Notes under the pieces: generated by a model | What the model was told of the DNA's origin: nothing | What the model saw: only the letters and a program-made list of their open reading frames with translations | Databases searched by the model: none | Translations under genes and position numbers: made by a program | Assembly: GCA_010909165.1 (NCBI GenBank) | Contig: MU008160.1 | Span: 1,302,001 to 1,366,000 of the forward strand | Source of the DNA: Anthoceros angustus | Lineage: Eukaryota; Plantae; Anthocerotophyta | Length of the DNA: 64,000 nt | Reading direction: 5' to 3' | Part shown: in pieces, positions 22,751 to 34,084 of the stretch | Layout: each line of letters opens with the position of its first letter | How positions within the stretch are numbered: position 1 is the stretch's first letter

Positions 22751-24541
22751 TTAGTCGGCTATCGGGTACACAGAGCCGATCTTATCCTGTCCTAGATGGT
22801 AGCACTTCACGTTTACTCTGTATGGGCCCAACTCTACCCAGTTGTTCTCCTGGCCCACAAAGAAGCACAACGTGTAGAGAGCCAGCTCAAATTCGGGGCT
22901 TACTCCTACCAGCGTGCTTGAGACCTGCTTCAGTTTGCCGTTCCATTCAAACTGAATGGTGAGCACCTGCGTTTCTGCGTCAGGCTGTAACGTACACAAA
23001 ACAAATTCAGTATGCAAGCATCCAGCAGCTGTCTCGGCATGGCTTGGGTGGGTAAACTGAAGACAAACCTGGTCCCCTCCTCGCTTGGGGAAGATAAAAC
23101 CTCGATAGTCGACTCTGCCCTTGGCCTCCTCGGAGTACAACTGCGCAGTTTTTAGACAGATGGGCCTCAGCGAAAACGACAACGCCAGGCCAACTGCACA
23201 CGCAGTTTGGTGGGGTAACATCAATGATTACCGTGATCCAGTTGTGGAACCCTGACACCTCCCCAGACTTCTTCACTTCTCCCACAAAGACATGCTCAAA
23301 GGCAGAGGAACTATCACGAGTTCCTCCCCGCCCATAGAGCCCAAACCAAAGGTTGTGGACAACCTGCTTGAACTCTTCGATGCTGTTGGAGACAACTCTG
23401 GAGGCTACCAGATATCGGAACACATACTGGATGGGAGCCGTCCTGCTAATTTCTTCAATGAAGGCCAGCTCCTCCTGTCTCTCATCTTCTGTCACTTGCT
23501 CTTTCGATCCTTCATCAGGGTTGTAATTGTTGATCAGAGCGTAGAAGCGAGCAAAGGTAGGCCTCCTGAACACACTCTGGTCCACATGGGCAAAGAAGGT
23601 GTTGTCAGCAGCGTCCTGCCTGTCACCAACTCGCTTCCCGTCTCCCACGTTGATTGAGTACTGGCTACCAGGAACCAAACGGTTCGTGTCCAAGTCCCAC
23701 AACCGGCTGGCAGCTCTGGACAGGTCCTGAAGCTCATCCTCGGTTGGCTCAACGTCAACATTGGAAGCAGGTTCACAGAAATTCTGCTCACTAACACTCT
23801 GCCTGTATTGGTTCTTCACGTTGTCAGGGACCTGCCACAAACAGCAGAGCTGAAGCGGGATACCAAGCAGGGTGTCCCAAACACCAAAACTCCACCATCC
23901 ACATCCTCAGCCACATACCTGCTGGTACCCCTGACGACGGCTCCCACCTACAGTCTCCCATCCGCCCTCGCCTTCATCCTGCTTCACATCAAACTTTCTT
24001 GTCAACACCAAACTACTGCTTGAAGCACCTGACATGCAATGCAAACCCCAGGCACTTCAGAGCACCATGGCAAGCAACACACCGGCTAGGCAACAAACAA
24101 AGAAACAATCACAAAAAGCAGGCCAGCACGCACCTCACGACGCTGACCTCCACCATAGCCTTGCCCGCCCCAGGCCCCCTGGCCAGACTGCTGGCCACGT
24201 CTGTGCTTCTCATCGTTCCAGGAACTAACGTCTTCCTCTTGCCTTCCTTGAGCAACCTGCAAAGGAACACTGGATGTCACACCCTTCCTCTCCGGACATC
24301 TTACAACCAGCAGAAACACAAAAAAAAAAAAGATCCTCCCAGCCACAGAATGTTCCATTCCACGTCGATCTGGGGGAACCGACTCCGAAAAACTCCACAG
24401 CTCTCGAGCAACAAGTACCTGAGACCAGGTCTGGCCCCGATCCGAGGACGCTGGCTGCTCGTCTTTGCTGTCCTTCTTGTCACCATCTCCCTTGAGCACG
24501 TCCAACGCAATGTCAAGGACTCCCTTCAGCAGCGACTCCAT
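22751..24541 (-). CDS. EndoU/XendoU poly(U)-specific endoribonuclease; multi-exon
   Basis: LWDLDTNRL, SSAFEHVFVGEVK, SGFHNWI, QFEWNG and SPEFELALYTLCF. Confidence 0.92.
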
Positions 24542-24814
24542 TGCGCCTTAGAGGTCCAAAAGCACACGATCCAGTAGCCGGGACACCAGAAAGGAGCAGT
24601 GGAGGTAGGCGCAAGTCGCTGGATGAACGCACCGGCTCTAAGGCATATTTAAAGGAATCCATTTCCGCCTAAGCAAGTGATTGGATCTGATCTGCGAGCT
24701 TTCTATCGAGCACCAAACGCGGACGACTTTCCGCGCGGGCTACGGCACCGACGTGCCGCGCTTTCCCCTCGACAGTACGGATGTACATACTGTATGTCCT
24801 ACATACATACATAT

Positions 24815-25900
24815 GAGGAAAACTTTTATTGAGGGGAAAAACATGATATGAGAAGCCTATCCAAGGACACCGAAGGGGACTGAGGGTTGAGGTGAAAAAG
24901 GAGCAATTAAGCTCCTGCAGGAAGTCACCAATTGTTCCTACGATGTCTCAAGCGGGAAGAATAAACGGTCTTTAAACTATGGAGGAAGAGTGAGGATGTA
25001 TCACCTAGGAGGAAGAGTGAGGATGTGTCACCTATTGTCGCCTTGTGCAGGATCGCCGTTGAGAGGGCCCATTGAAGAGTACTTGAGACTCACTATCTAA
25101 AGAATGTCGTGAAGTGGGAAAGGGACAACCCTGCACTATGCCTACAGGCATGATAAGCTTTGGCGCAGGACTTGATAAATGTATTAAAGTCTTTAGTCAT
25201 GCCCCAGCGGAATGAATTGGTCGTCAGCTTTCATCCCACTATATTTCTTGACTTTGAGAGCCGCCACTCCAGCAGCACCCCAGCTTGGACAGTTGATGAT
25301 AACCTGAGTAGAGATGATGTCGCATGCAGAGTCAATGACCACCACGTCGGCCACCAAAACCTCGTTGTCGTGGACGAGGTACAAGTCAGCTCCGATTGAC
25401 TAGCCTGTACGAAGAGTGCACCCCGCTTCCTCCAAGCCATGTAGCCACTTTCGCAGGCTATGGCGAACATGACATCGCGAATGGCATCCTGGGTGGCGAT
25501 GCGATGGTCCTCATAGCGGCAACGAGCAAGGTGGATCCCGGAGTCATCGAGGGCAGAGCCACACTTGCAAGTAAGGAGTGAAGAAGCCATAGGCTGGAGC
25601 ATGCTAAGACAGAATTGCATCATAGTAGAGAAGGTGGTTGGTATGATATGAAAACCCCGTATACATGGACGAGCCAACAGCCAAGTGTTTGCTCCCTTCC
25701 CAAAGCAAGAGCGAAGCCGAGCATTTGTGGACCTAAGGATGGAGGGATCCATGAGGACAAAGTGGAAAGCCTAGCCAAGCTGCTTCTCGAGCAGGGACAC
25801 CTACAACCTCTTGAAACCATCAGTGATGAAAGTCGTAAAATGAGGAAAGTCCTATCGCGCATTTGCAGATAACATATCTTTAACCTGCTTCAGAGACATT
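24815..25900 (-). mobile_element. Degenerate 3' fragment of a CRE-like non-LTR retrotransposon (RLE endonuclease)
   Basis: ARLRSCFGKGA.TWLLARP; CKCG..LD..GIHLARC; RIATQDAIRDV; ADVVV. The 3' end resembles that of the plus-strand copy (aataaaagtttt). Confidence 0.75.
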
Positions 25901-26739
25901 TGGAGAAGGAAGATTTTCTCTTCCACTCCAGAAACGAGATCTTCTAGAAAGGGCCTATCGTGGAAGATGAAGCGGAAGGGTAGAGTCCCAAGTGGCTACC
26001 TGGGAGTGTCAGAGCCAAGGAGGCACCGGGGACCGGGACAAAACGTCCCCGGCCTTGTGAAGAAGAAAAATGATGACAAATGCGATAAGTGGGAGTCAGG
26101 GAAAATGAGGTTTCATCCTTTGTCCAATGCAGACATGCCACTTTCATACAACCCAAGAGCTCCTCGAACTTTGCCCTTGCTCTGCAGTGCATGGTGCAAG
26201 GTTGTTTGTTATTTTCAAGAAGCTCATGGTGGCATGTGTTGGTAAGTTTCATGGTAGGATGGACAGCTAGAGATGACTTGTTTTCACAGCTTCAAACTTC
26301 GCAATACTTGTGTTTGCCTATTTCAGGTTAGCTACCATCGCCTTAGCATTGAAACTTACTATTGGATAAGTCCCACCCCTTCTAACGAAGAACACATCTA
26401 CCGACTTTGCTTACCAACAATGGGTTGTGTGAAATATACTCCCTATTGTAATATTTTGCCTAAAATGATGTTGGAGTCAGACACTCTTTTCTTATTGAAT
26501 GTCCAAAATTTTCACCTGGTTCTACCTCATGAGCTCTCTAGTCTCTTTGTCTCCGAGATGATTATTTACATATAGATTCTTCTCATTCCATATCCTCAAG
26601 CTCCCTACTTGCTTGTTCATAAGCAGGACTGGCCTATAACGTTAGCTACTATTCGCTTTTAAGCTATATTTAGTATGCTGTACCTATTGGCTACTTTTTA
26701 TTTGCCACATATTAAATCCTTGACTGGGTACTTAGAATA

Positions 26740-28462
26740 GACCAAGGCTTGGTCTCCCTCTGGCGTTGTGCCTTTTCTCTAGTATCCGGAGGCGGATATT
26801 GCTTCTCCGCAGGGGCTTCGGGTTCTTGGTGTCCTGATTGAGCCTCCTGCCTTCACCCAGGATTATGTGGACTCGACTTTGGCTGAGGATTTGGCACACA
26901 TTGACGACCTTTCTCAATTGGGAGACCCGCAAGTGGCGTTTGGGGAGCTATCCTTTTGTTTTGCGTGCCGGCTAAGGTACCTTCTCCGAACGGTTGCCCC
27001 CTCCCCGGTTTTCTTGTCTAGCCTAAGGAATTTCGACAAGCGGCTTATGCAGGTTTTAGGCGACATTATCGGCCCAGGCACCTTCGAGTGTGCGGCCGGG
27101 GATCTTGCGAAGCGGTAGGCGGTCCTTCCCATCGCTTTTGGGGGCACTGGTTTGGTGGCCACGGAGGCCTCCACGCTAGCGGCTTTCTTAGGGAGCTGGG
27201 CTCTCTCTGCCCCCATCTTGTCCTCCCGTTTCTAAATTCGGCATTCACATATCTTGGACGCTTTTGTCGCGGGCGTTGAGGAGGGGACTTTTCCTATACA
27301 GGCCTCACTAAGATTAGCCAGGGACTCTTTATCCTCCGAGGCGAGGGCTATCATGCCGTCTTTTTCCTCGCTTTCTGAGGTTGGACTCCGGGGGCTTCAG
27401 GCGTCCCTCCTGGAGAAAAAGTACGGGCATGCGCAATTGGCCCTCCTCCGGGATTCCTCCATTCCTAAGCCCACTCAGGCTCGTCTTCGCTCTTGCTCAG
27501 GAAAGGGGGCAGGTTCATGGCTTCTGGCTCGACCTAGTATTCAGGCGTTCCGCATCGCACCAACAACTTTTTCTACCGCGATGCATTTTCACCTTGGCTC
27601 GGTCCATCCTCTGGCTTGCTCTCTTTCAACTTGTAGTTGCGGGGCCCCTCTCGATGACTTTGGGACGCACTTGGCTCGCTGTCCCGCGGGTGGGCAGCGT
27701 ATCGCTACACATGACGCCATCCGGGACGTCATGTTCTCTATTGCTAGGGAAGGCGGGTTCCTTCCATTTAGGGAGCGCCCTTACACCTTGTTCAACGGGG
27801 TTCCGCTTAGGGCAGACCTATTTTTGACCCGGGGGATCAGGTTTCGGTTGCTGATGTGGTGGTAACCGATCCCACATTGGAGAGTGTCTAAGAACATGTT
27901 ATTCTTAACCCTCCAGGTTGGGCGGCGGAGGGATGCGTGACGGCTAAGGTCCACAAGTACTCTCCTATGCAGGACGGCCACGCCTTCATCCCCCTAACCA
28001 TTGAGACTCACAGAGCCATGGGCAAGGATTTCTCTAGGTTCGTCAAGGCTTGCGCCAAGGCTTATCATAGCCGCAGGAACGGGGTTGGCCTCCCCTTTCT
28101 TGCATTGTTGCTTTCTTCCGGCAGAGGGTTTCCATCGCTCTGCAGAGGGCGTTGGCTAACGCAGTATATAGCACGATAGCGAGCGCGGGAGATGCAGCTT
28201 CTTCGACACCGGTGGTAAGTAGGCCTTTTCACATCCCTGACCGCGAAATTCTTCAGGCGGTTGGTAATTTTGAAATGCGTAATCATGGGGCTAGTCCCCT
28301 TGGCATGGTGCCCTTCGTTGGGTTTTTCCCCTTTTATTTTTGGGGTGGATGGGTTTTTCCCCTTTTATTTTTGGGGTGGATGGGTTTTTCCCCTTTTATT
28401 TTTGGGATGGATGGGTTTTTCCCATCTCTTTTCTATAATAAAGTTTCTTTCCAGAAAAAAAA
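26740..28462 (+). mobile_element. 5'-truncated CRE-like non-LTR retrotransposon with RT thumb, CCHC knuckle and restriction-like endonuclease
   Basis: GLRVLGV...LGDPQVA...RLRYLLRT; CSCG..LDDFGTHLARC; RIATHDAIRDV; RADLFL. AATAAA and A8 tail end at 28462; candidate TSD CTTAGAATA at 26731-26739 and 28464-28472. Confidence 0.85.
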
Positions 28463-29233
28463 CCTTAGAATAAATATAGCTAGTAAGCTAAGTAGAAGAC
28501 GAAGGAGAAGAATTTGTTTTTTAGTTGGTAGCATGATGAAAACATAGGTGTAGTCCAGCTAGGTGATATTGCACATAAAGGATTGTGTGGCGAGAAAATC
28601 GAAAAAAAGAGGATCGATTCGATCTGTAAAGACTTAACTGCACAACCACGGGGATATATGGAAGCAGTGGAAGCTCGGTGAGAGTGTGCGGCGAGAAGAG
28701 AGGGTGGCGCAAGGTATGTCGTGTTGTCTTCCGCCCCTCCGCCCCCCTCGCCGTGAACAGTGGCTGGCTCAAGGTGAGTAGTGTCTTCTATCTTCCACCC
28801 TCCGCCGCCTGTTGCCATTCTGATTTTTAACGCCGGCTACGCATCCAGCGACCTCCGCTTCTAGGGCTCACCTTGCGCTTTTGTGCGTCTGTCGTTTGCC
28901 TGGCTGCTGCTGCTGCTCCTGCTCCGTGCGCGGCTTTCAGTTGCTGGAAAGCAAGCGAAGACTGGCGTTTTGCATCCGCTCCCGGATGCCGATTTGAACA
29001 TCCTTCTCGGGCGGGACCATGTTTGCGGTTGCGGCATCGGCGTCGGTGATGAGGTTTTTCAGAAGGCGAGGACTGAGGCTGGGGTATGTGCAAGCAGCGC
29101 GGGAGGCAGTGAAGGTTGTTCTACTGTGATTGTGCCGGGGTTTGGCGTGTTTACTGCTGCAGCGGAAGGAAAGGAGGGAAAGGTGGGAGAGCAGGGTTGG
29201 AGGGAGTTGCAGGTATCCTCGGATTGTGGTAAG

Positions 29234-30592
29234 ATGCCTAAATCCGTGGCCAAGCCGATTCGGCACCAGGGCAAGCCCAAGGTGGCGGGGAAGCAGGACA
29301 GGCCGGCGGCCAACAGCGGGGGCCGGCGTGGGGAGAGAGATGTGGCGTCCTCGAGGGAGGAGCAGCCGTGTTTGGAAGGTGATGCCATTGCCTTCTACAG
29401 CGAGCATGCGGACAGGAATCGGTACCAGCAGGCGGAGTTGGAGGAGGCTGTGGCGGGTTTGTGCAGTTTGTCTGTGAGTTTGCAGTCGCCGCCGCCGGTT
29501 AGGGGACGGGATCACAAGGGCGGGCGGAATGGGAGGGGGCGGGACCGGAAGGCTGGGGTTAGGGATGGGGATTGTATGGCGCATCCTGCAGCTGGAGGCA
29601 GCGGCGAGCAGCAACAGGACGGGAGTAGGAGAAAGGGGTTGAGGAAGCAGCCGGGTTCTGAGCATGCTGTATATAGGGCAAAGAATCAGGTGGGGGAGGA
29701 GGCCGGCAGCGCCGGGCCTTCGGGTGCGGAGAGGAAGGCGGGAGGGAGGCCTGGCGCGGGGGAGGAGCAGGGGGAGGTTTCGGCGGGGCAGAGTGGTGAT
29801 GCGGGGAAGAAAGGAGCCGGGACGGGGCACAGGTCCCGGTCTGCGGACCGGTCCTCGGCGGATGCGGATGAGGATGGTGGTGGTGGTGGTACCGGGGAGT
29901 CGAAAGGCGATGGTGCGGTGTGGTCCAGCAGTGATGCCAGCACTTCCCGGTCCAGCAGGAGCTCCACGTCCAGTAGTAGCTACGAGGAGGATAACGACGA
30001 CCAGCATGATGCGGAAGATGATCCGGAGGATGATTGGGAGACTGCTGCGGATGCATTGTGCATGCATCGGAACAGCGGGGAGGGCAAGGGAAAAGGGTAT
30101 CTGGGAGACTCGTTGCATCACGGTGGGAAGGAGACCATGGACAAGAAGTCGAGTGGGTTTTCGGCTTCTGGGGTGCAGCATGGTGTTGTGTTGAAGCCGG
30201 AGTACAAGTACAAAGCCAATGGATTTGGAGGAAGGATGAGGGGCAATGGAGGCCGCGCCTGGCGGCCGGATGATGTTTCTCGCCCGCCCACCTTGCCGCG
30301 GCTCACGACGCAGCACAGCTTTCCGGTGCAGTCAGCGCAAGGTGTTTGGGATCCTGTCCATGGCAGCATGTGGGGAGGGCCTCCGGCCACACCCACATAT
30401 TGCCCGATCTGCACGGAGGAGTTGGACATAACGGACTCTTCGTTCGTGCCTTGCTCGTGTGGATTTCGGCTTTGCCTCTTTTGCCACCACAGGATTGCAT
30501 CGGAAGATGGGAGGTGCCCTGGGTGTCGGAAAGCATACAATTCTGACGTTGCCATGAAGCTGTCAAGAGCTTCCAGTTGGTTGCGTAAGTAA
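29234..30592 (+). CDS. C-terminal C4C4 (NOT4-like) RING-finger protein; ORF open from 28883, likely start MPKSV at 29234
   Basis: CPICTEELDITDSSFVPCSCGFRLCLFCHHRIASEDGRCPGCRKAY; acidic DDWE motif. Confidence 0.9.
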   Translation: MPKSVAKPIRHQGKPKVAGKQDRPAANSGGRRGERDVASSREEQPCLEGDAIAFYSEHADRNRYQQAELEEAVAGLCSLSVSLQSPPPVRGRDHKGGRNGRGRDRKAGVRDGDCMAHPAAGGSGEQQQDGSRRKGLRKQPGSEHAVYRAKNQVGEEAGSAGPSGAERKAGGRPGAGEEQGEVSAGQSGDAGKKGAGTGHRSRSADRSSADADEDGGGGGTGESKGDGAVWSSSDASTSRSSRSSTSSSSYEEDNDDQHDAEDDPEDDWETAADALCMHRNSGEGKGKGYLGDSLHHGGKETMDKKSSGFSASGVQHGVVLKPEYKYKANGFGGRMRGNGGRAWRPDDVSRPPTLPRLTTQHSFPVQSAQGVWDPVHGSMWGGPPATPTYCPICTEELDITDSSFVPCSCGFRLCLFCHHRIASEDGRCPGCRKAYNSDVAMKLSRASSWLRK

Positions 30593-31184
30593 GGCTGGCT
30601 GGCTGGTTGCTTGCTTTCACGACCATTGCTGTGTGCCATTTTGCGTGTATTTTCCCATGAAAGATGTTAAGCTCGAAACAAATAGACCAATGTGACCAAT
30701 GCAACTTGTCTTATCACCTGTTATTTAATTTCGATAAGATTTTGAGGCTCCCACTGAAAGGCATAGAGAACGCTTGTGGCACGTCCGTTGGTCTTGTCAC
30801 AAACTACCGATTCCAGGCCTTACAAGTTCGTATCGGGAGAGCTAACCTAGTTTGCTTACCCATTTTACGTGCACAAGCTGTGGTGTCCAAGATGGAACCC
30901 TTTCACATCTACCACCAGTCAGCTATCAGGTCTCTATCTTTTGTTCAGCAAATTTTGAGACACTGACTTTGCAGGCTAAAATTCGAACTTCAGCAGTACA
31001 GTCTTCAACACACTCTCTATAGCAAGTCACATATCTGCCTGACAGCAGCTACATGTCTTGCACGTAGCACTTGTCCACTTCGCAGAGCACAAAATCAGTT
31101 TTTTGAAGCCTGCGTGCCTTACGGTTATCTGCTCGTGAATCTGCTGCCGGACTTGATCTTCAGTACAAACTTGTTGTCAGCGAA

Positions 31185-33188
31185 CTAGCCAACAGGCCTA
31201 GATCCCAAGAAGAGGGCAACTGCTGTGAGGAGCAGCAGTGGCCACCTTCCTCCTGGCACCAATGCGCTTTGCTGATGTTCCTCCACCCTGACAGAGACGA
31301 AATAGTCGACAGCACGAAAAGCTTGAAGCAACACGAAACAAGGCGCAGGACAGGAGGAAGAGAGAAAGATGCCGCTCACCTTCGACAGTAGCGATGACGC
31401 CAGGCCATGATGGGAGGGAGAAGCCCAAAGAGGAAGCAGTTGGCATAAACTCCTGCAAACGTGAGAGCAGCTTGGAAGGCTGTGGGGCAGAGGACAGCCA
31501 CAGCAGCCGGGGGAGCCAAGGCCAGAGCCAGGCTAGCCAGAAACAGAGTCCGGGAAGATGGGGCCTCGGTGGTGGAAGCTGAGGATGATGGGTCGGCTCC
31601 CACGGCTAAGTGGTGAAGGAGAGAGGCTGTGTCTGCAAGCTGTTTGGGAAAGCTGAGGGAGTATCCGATGAGGGTTGTTCCCAGGGCGGAGAATGCGAAG
31701 GCCTGAACTACAGGAGCTGCAGAAGAGCTCACGGAGAGCAGCAAGGCGATGGGGTCCAGCTTAGAGGTGGTTGGAACATGGGCAGAGGACAGCCACAGCA
31801 GCCGGGGAGCCAAGGCCAGAGCCAGGCTAGCCAGAAACAGAGTCCGGGAAGATGGGGCCTCAGTGGTGGAAGCTGAGGATGATGGGTCGGCTCCCACGGC
31901 TAAGTGGTGAAGGAGAGAGGCTGTGTCTGCAAGCTGTTTGGGAAAGCTGAGGGAGTATCCGATGAGGGTTGTTCCCAGGGCGGAGAATGCGAAGGCCTGA
32001 ACTACAGGAGCTGCAGAAGAGCTCACGGAGAGCAGCAAGGCGATGGGGTCCAGCTTAGAGGTGGTTGGAACATGGGCAGAGAGGATGTGGATGACTGTGT
32101 TCCATGCCAGCACCATGGCCAGAGGTACTGCTCCTCCGCACAGAATGGCTGTACGAGCATCTTGGGGCCTGCCTCCAACCACCTTGCACACCAGCGGCGT
32201 GATCACATGAAAGCCCAGGGTGAGCACTGTGACAGGCGCAGCGAGCAGCATGGCCTCTGACGTCCACACCCCCCGGCTCAGGGCTGCGGGAAGCAGGTGC
32301 TGCCCAGCCCGGATTCCCACTGCAACGAGGGACGTGATGGAGGCTAGCATGAGCACGCAGAGCAGCCTGTTGAGCAGGTCTACAGCCGTGAAGGATCCCA
32401 GGCCCACACTGGCTGCAACCACCCCCGGGCTCAGCAAGCACATCACCGCCCACGGCATCCCCTTGAGCCAGGTGGACAGCACAGATCCCAGGCCTGCCAT
32501 GCACGCCACAAGCAGAGCATAGTTGAGCGTGGCGTATACCGCCGACACTAGCACCGCTCCTGCTTTCCCCAGCGTCCTCTCTGCCAACCCTGCGGGCCAT
32601 CACCACACAAGCTTATCTCAGGGGGCGGCCTCCAGGATCAGAAATGCAGGAGCTCCATCTACACCGAGCTCCCCAAGACTTGCCTGCAAAGCTCACCTCG
32701 CTGCCCCCAGTCTCCTCCATCACAGCATAGCTCAGCTCCGCCACCAGCAGGATGGACGCCATCACGTAGGCCCAGGCACCCAGAATGGCGGCTGTGGATG
32801 GCACCAGCCCTGCATGGAGTGTTGCAGCAGGAAGCCCCAGAATCCCAGGCCCTACCGCCGTACCCATTATGAGCCCTGTTGCCGATGCCAGCCTTCCTTT
32901 CTCCTTCTGCTTCCCCTTTCCCTTCTCCTCCCCAGCCCAAGACGCTGTGATCCTGTTCAATCCTCCCTTCCCTGCCTCATCCCTTGCCCTCCACATCCAC
33001 GCCAATGGTTGTTGCTGCTGCAGCATCCCAGCAACGTAGATTGAGCCCACAGACCGGGCAACAGCAACAGGAACAGAAACATGGCCCGTCATCTGCGTTG
33101 CCCTTGATGTGAGCGAGTCATGCTGCAAAATTGCCAAGCTCGAAGGGCAAGGGCTATTCAAACCTGCCGCTCGTGCACTGAACGGCAT
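31185..33188 (-). CDS. Tryptophan/tyrosine permease (TyrP-like) with an internal tandem duplication
   Basis: GTAVGPGILGLP, AWAYVMASILLVAELS, TLGFHVITPLVC and FAFSALGTTLIG. GC-AG intron at 32590-32683; last exon VPGGRW... Confidence 0.88.
31489..32076. repeat. 294/295-bp tandem duplication inside the permease CDS
   Basis: Near-identical units bounded by GGGCAGAG at 31485, 31780 and 32074. Confidence 0.95.
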
Positions 33189-34084
33189 CTTGGGCTCAGA
33201 GGACCTAACAACTTACAAGCAGTGCAGGGGACAGTCGAGACCCCGATCCAGGGAATGGAAATTGGGTCGCTGCTGAAGAAACAAGGCCAGACGGGCAAGG
33301 CAGAGGAATTTGAATCTTGGGAAAAGGGCAAGAAGTGCCGAGAAAAGGGCGGCGGAAGATGACGAATTCAAAGCCAGCCGGAATTCAAAAATATCGCAGC
33401 ATCTCTCTCCGCAAGTGCTATAAAGCTGACAGGAGGAAGGGAGCGGATAACAGAAGGACGAGTCCGGTTCCGCGCTGTGAGCTACAGGAGAGAGGAGGCG
33501 GAGTAGGAGGAGGAGTGTCTTGGAATGGGTTTCCGCCGGATCGCATCCAGAACGTGGCTACAGTGCTGATGAGGTGACGCCGGAGGATGCATAGCAGGGA
33601 AGGGATGGACACTGGCGGAAGGAGGATGGACAGATGTGGCAGGGGCGGCTGATCCAGAGCACTGGTTGGTGTAGCAGATGGAGCAGCAGTGCGGCAGTTT
33701 GGAAGTGCCGGGATGGTATACCCATGCCGCGATTTGCATGTGAGGGTGCAGGCTCCGGCTCTGGATTTGGCTCCTGGGCTGCTGCTGTCTTGAGTTGGGT
33801 GGATGGAACAGTGGAAGCTCATGTTGGAGGCGCACAATTGTGGGTTGCTCCGCTCCAGCATGTTGTGGAGGCACAGCAGGGTGCACGGAGCTGATGCTGA
33901 TGAAGTGCTGTGCAGGCAGCGCAACAACAGCAGCAGCGCTGAAGGTGCCAGAGGCACTGTGGTGCACCTGTACAATGTGCTGAAGCAGCGGGTGCAGCAG
34001 GCTGCCCAGACGCAGGTTGCTCCTTCCCACCGGAAAGCGGGCAGGGGCTCTTTGCCCCAGCATTCGCCCTTGCCGGTGCGGCAG

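Noticed and set aside
28937-30316. 459-aa antisense ORF
   Set aside because: A shadow of the GC-rich RING CDS with no recognisable motif.
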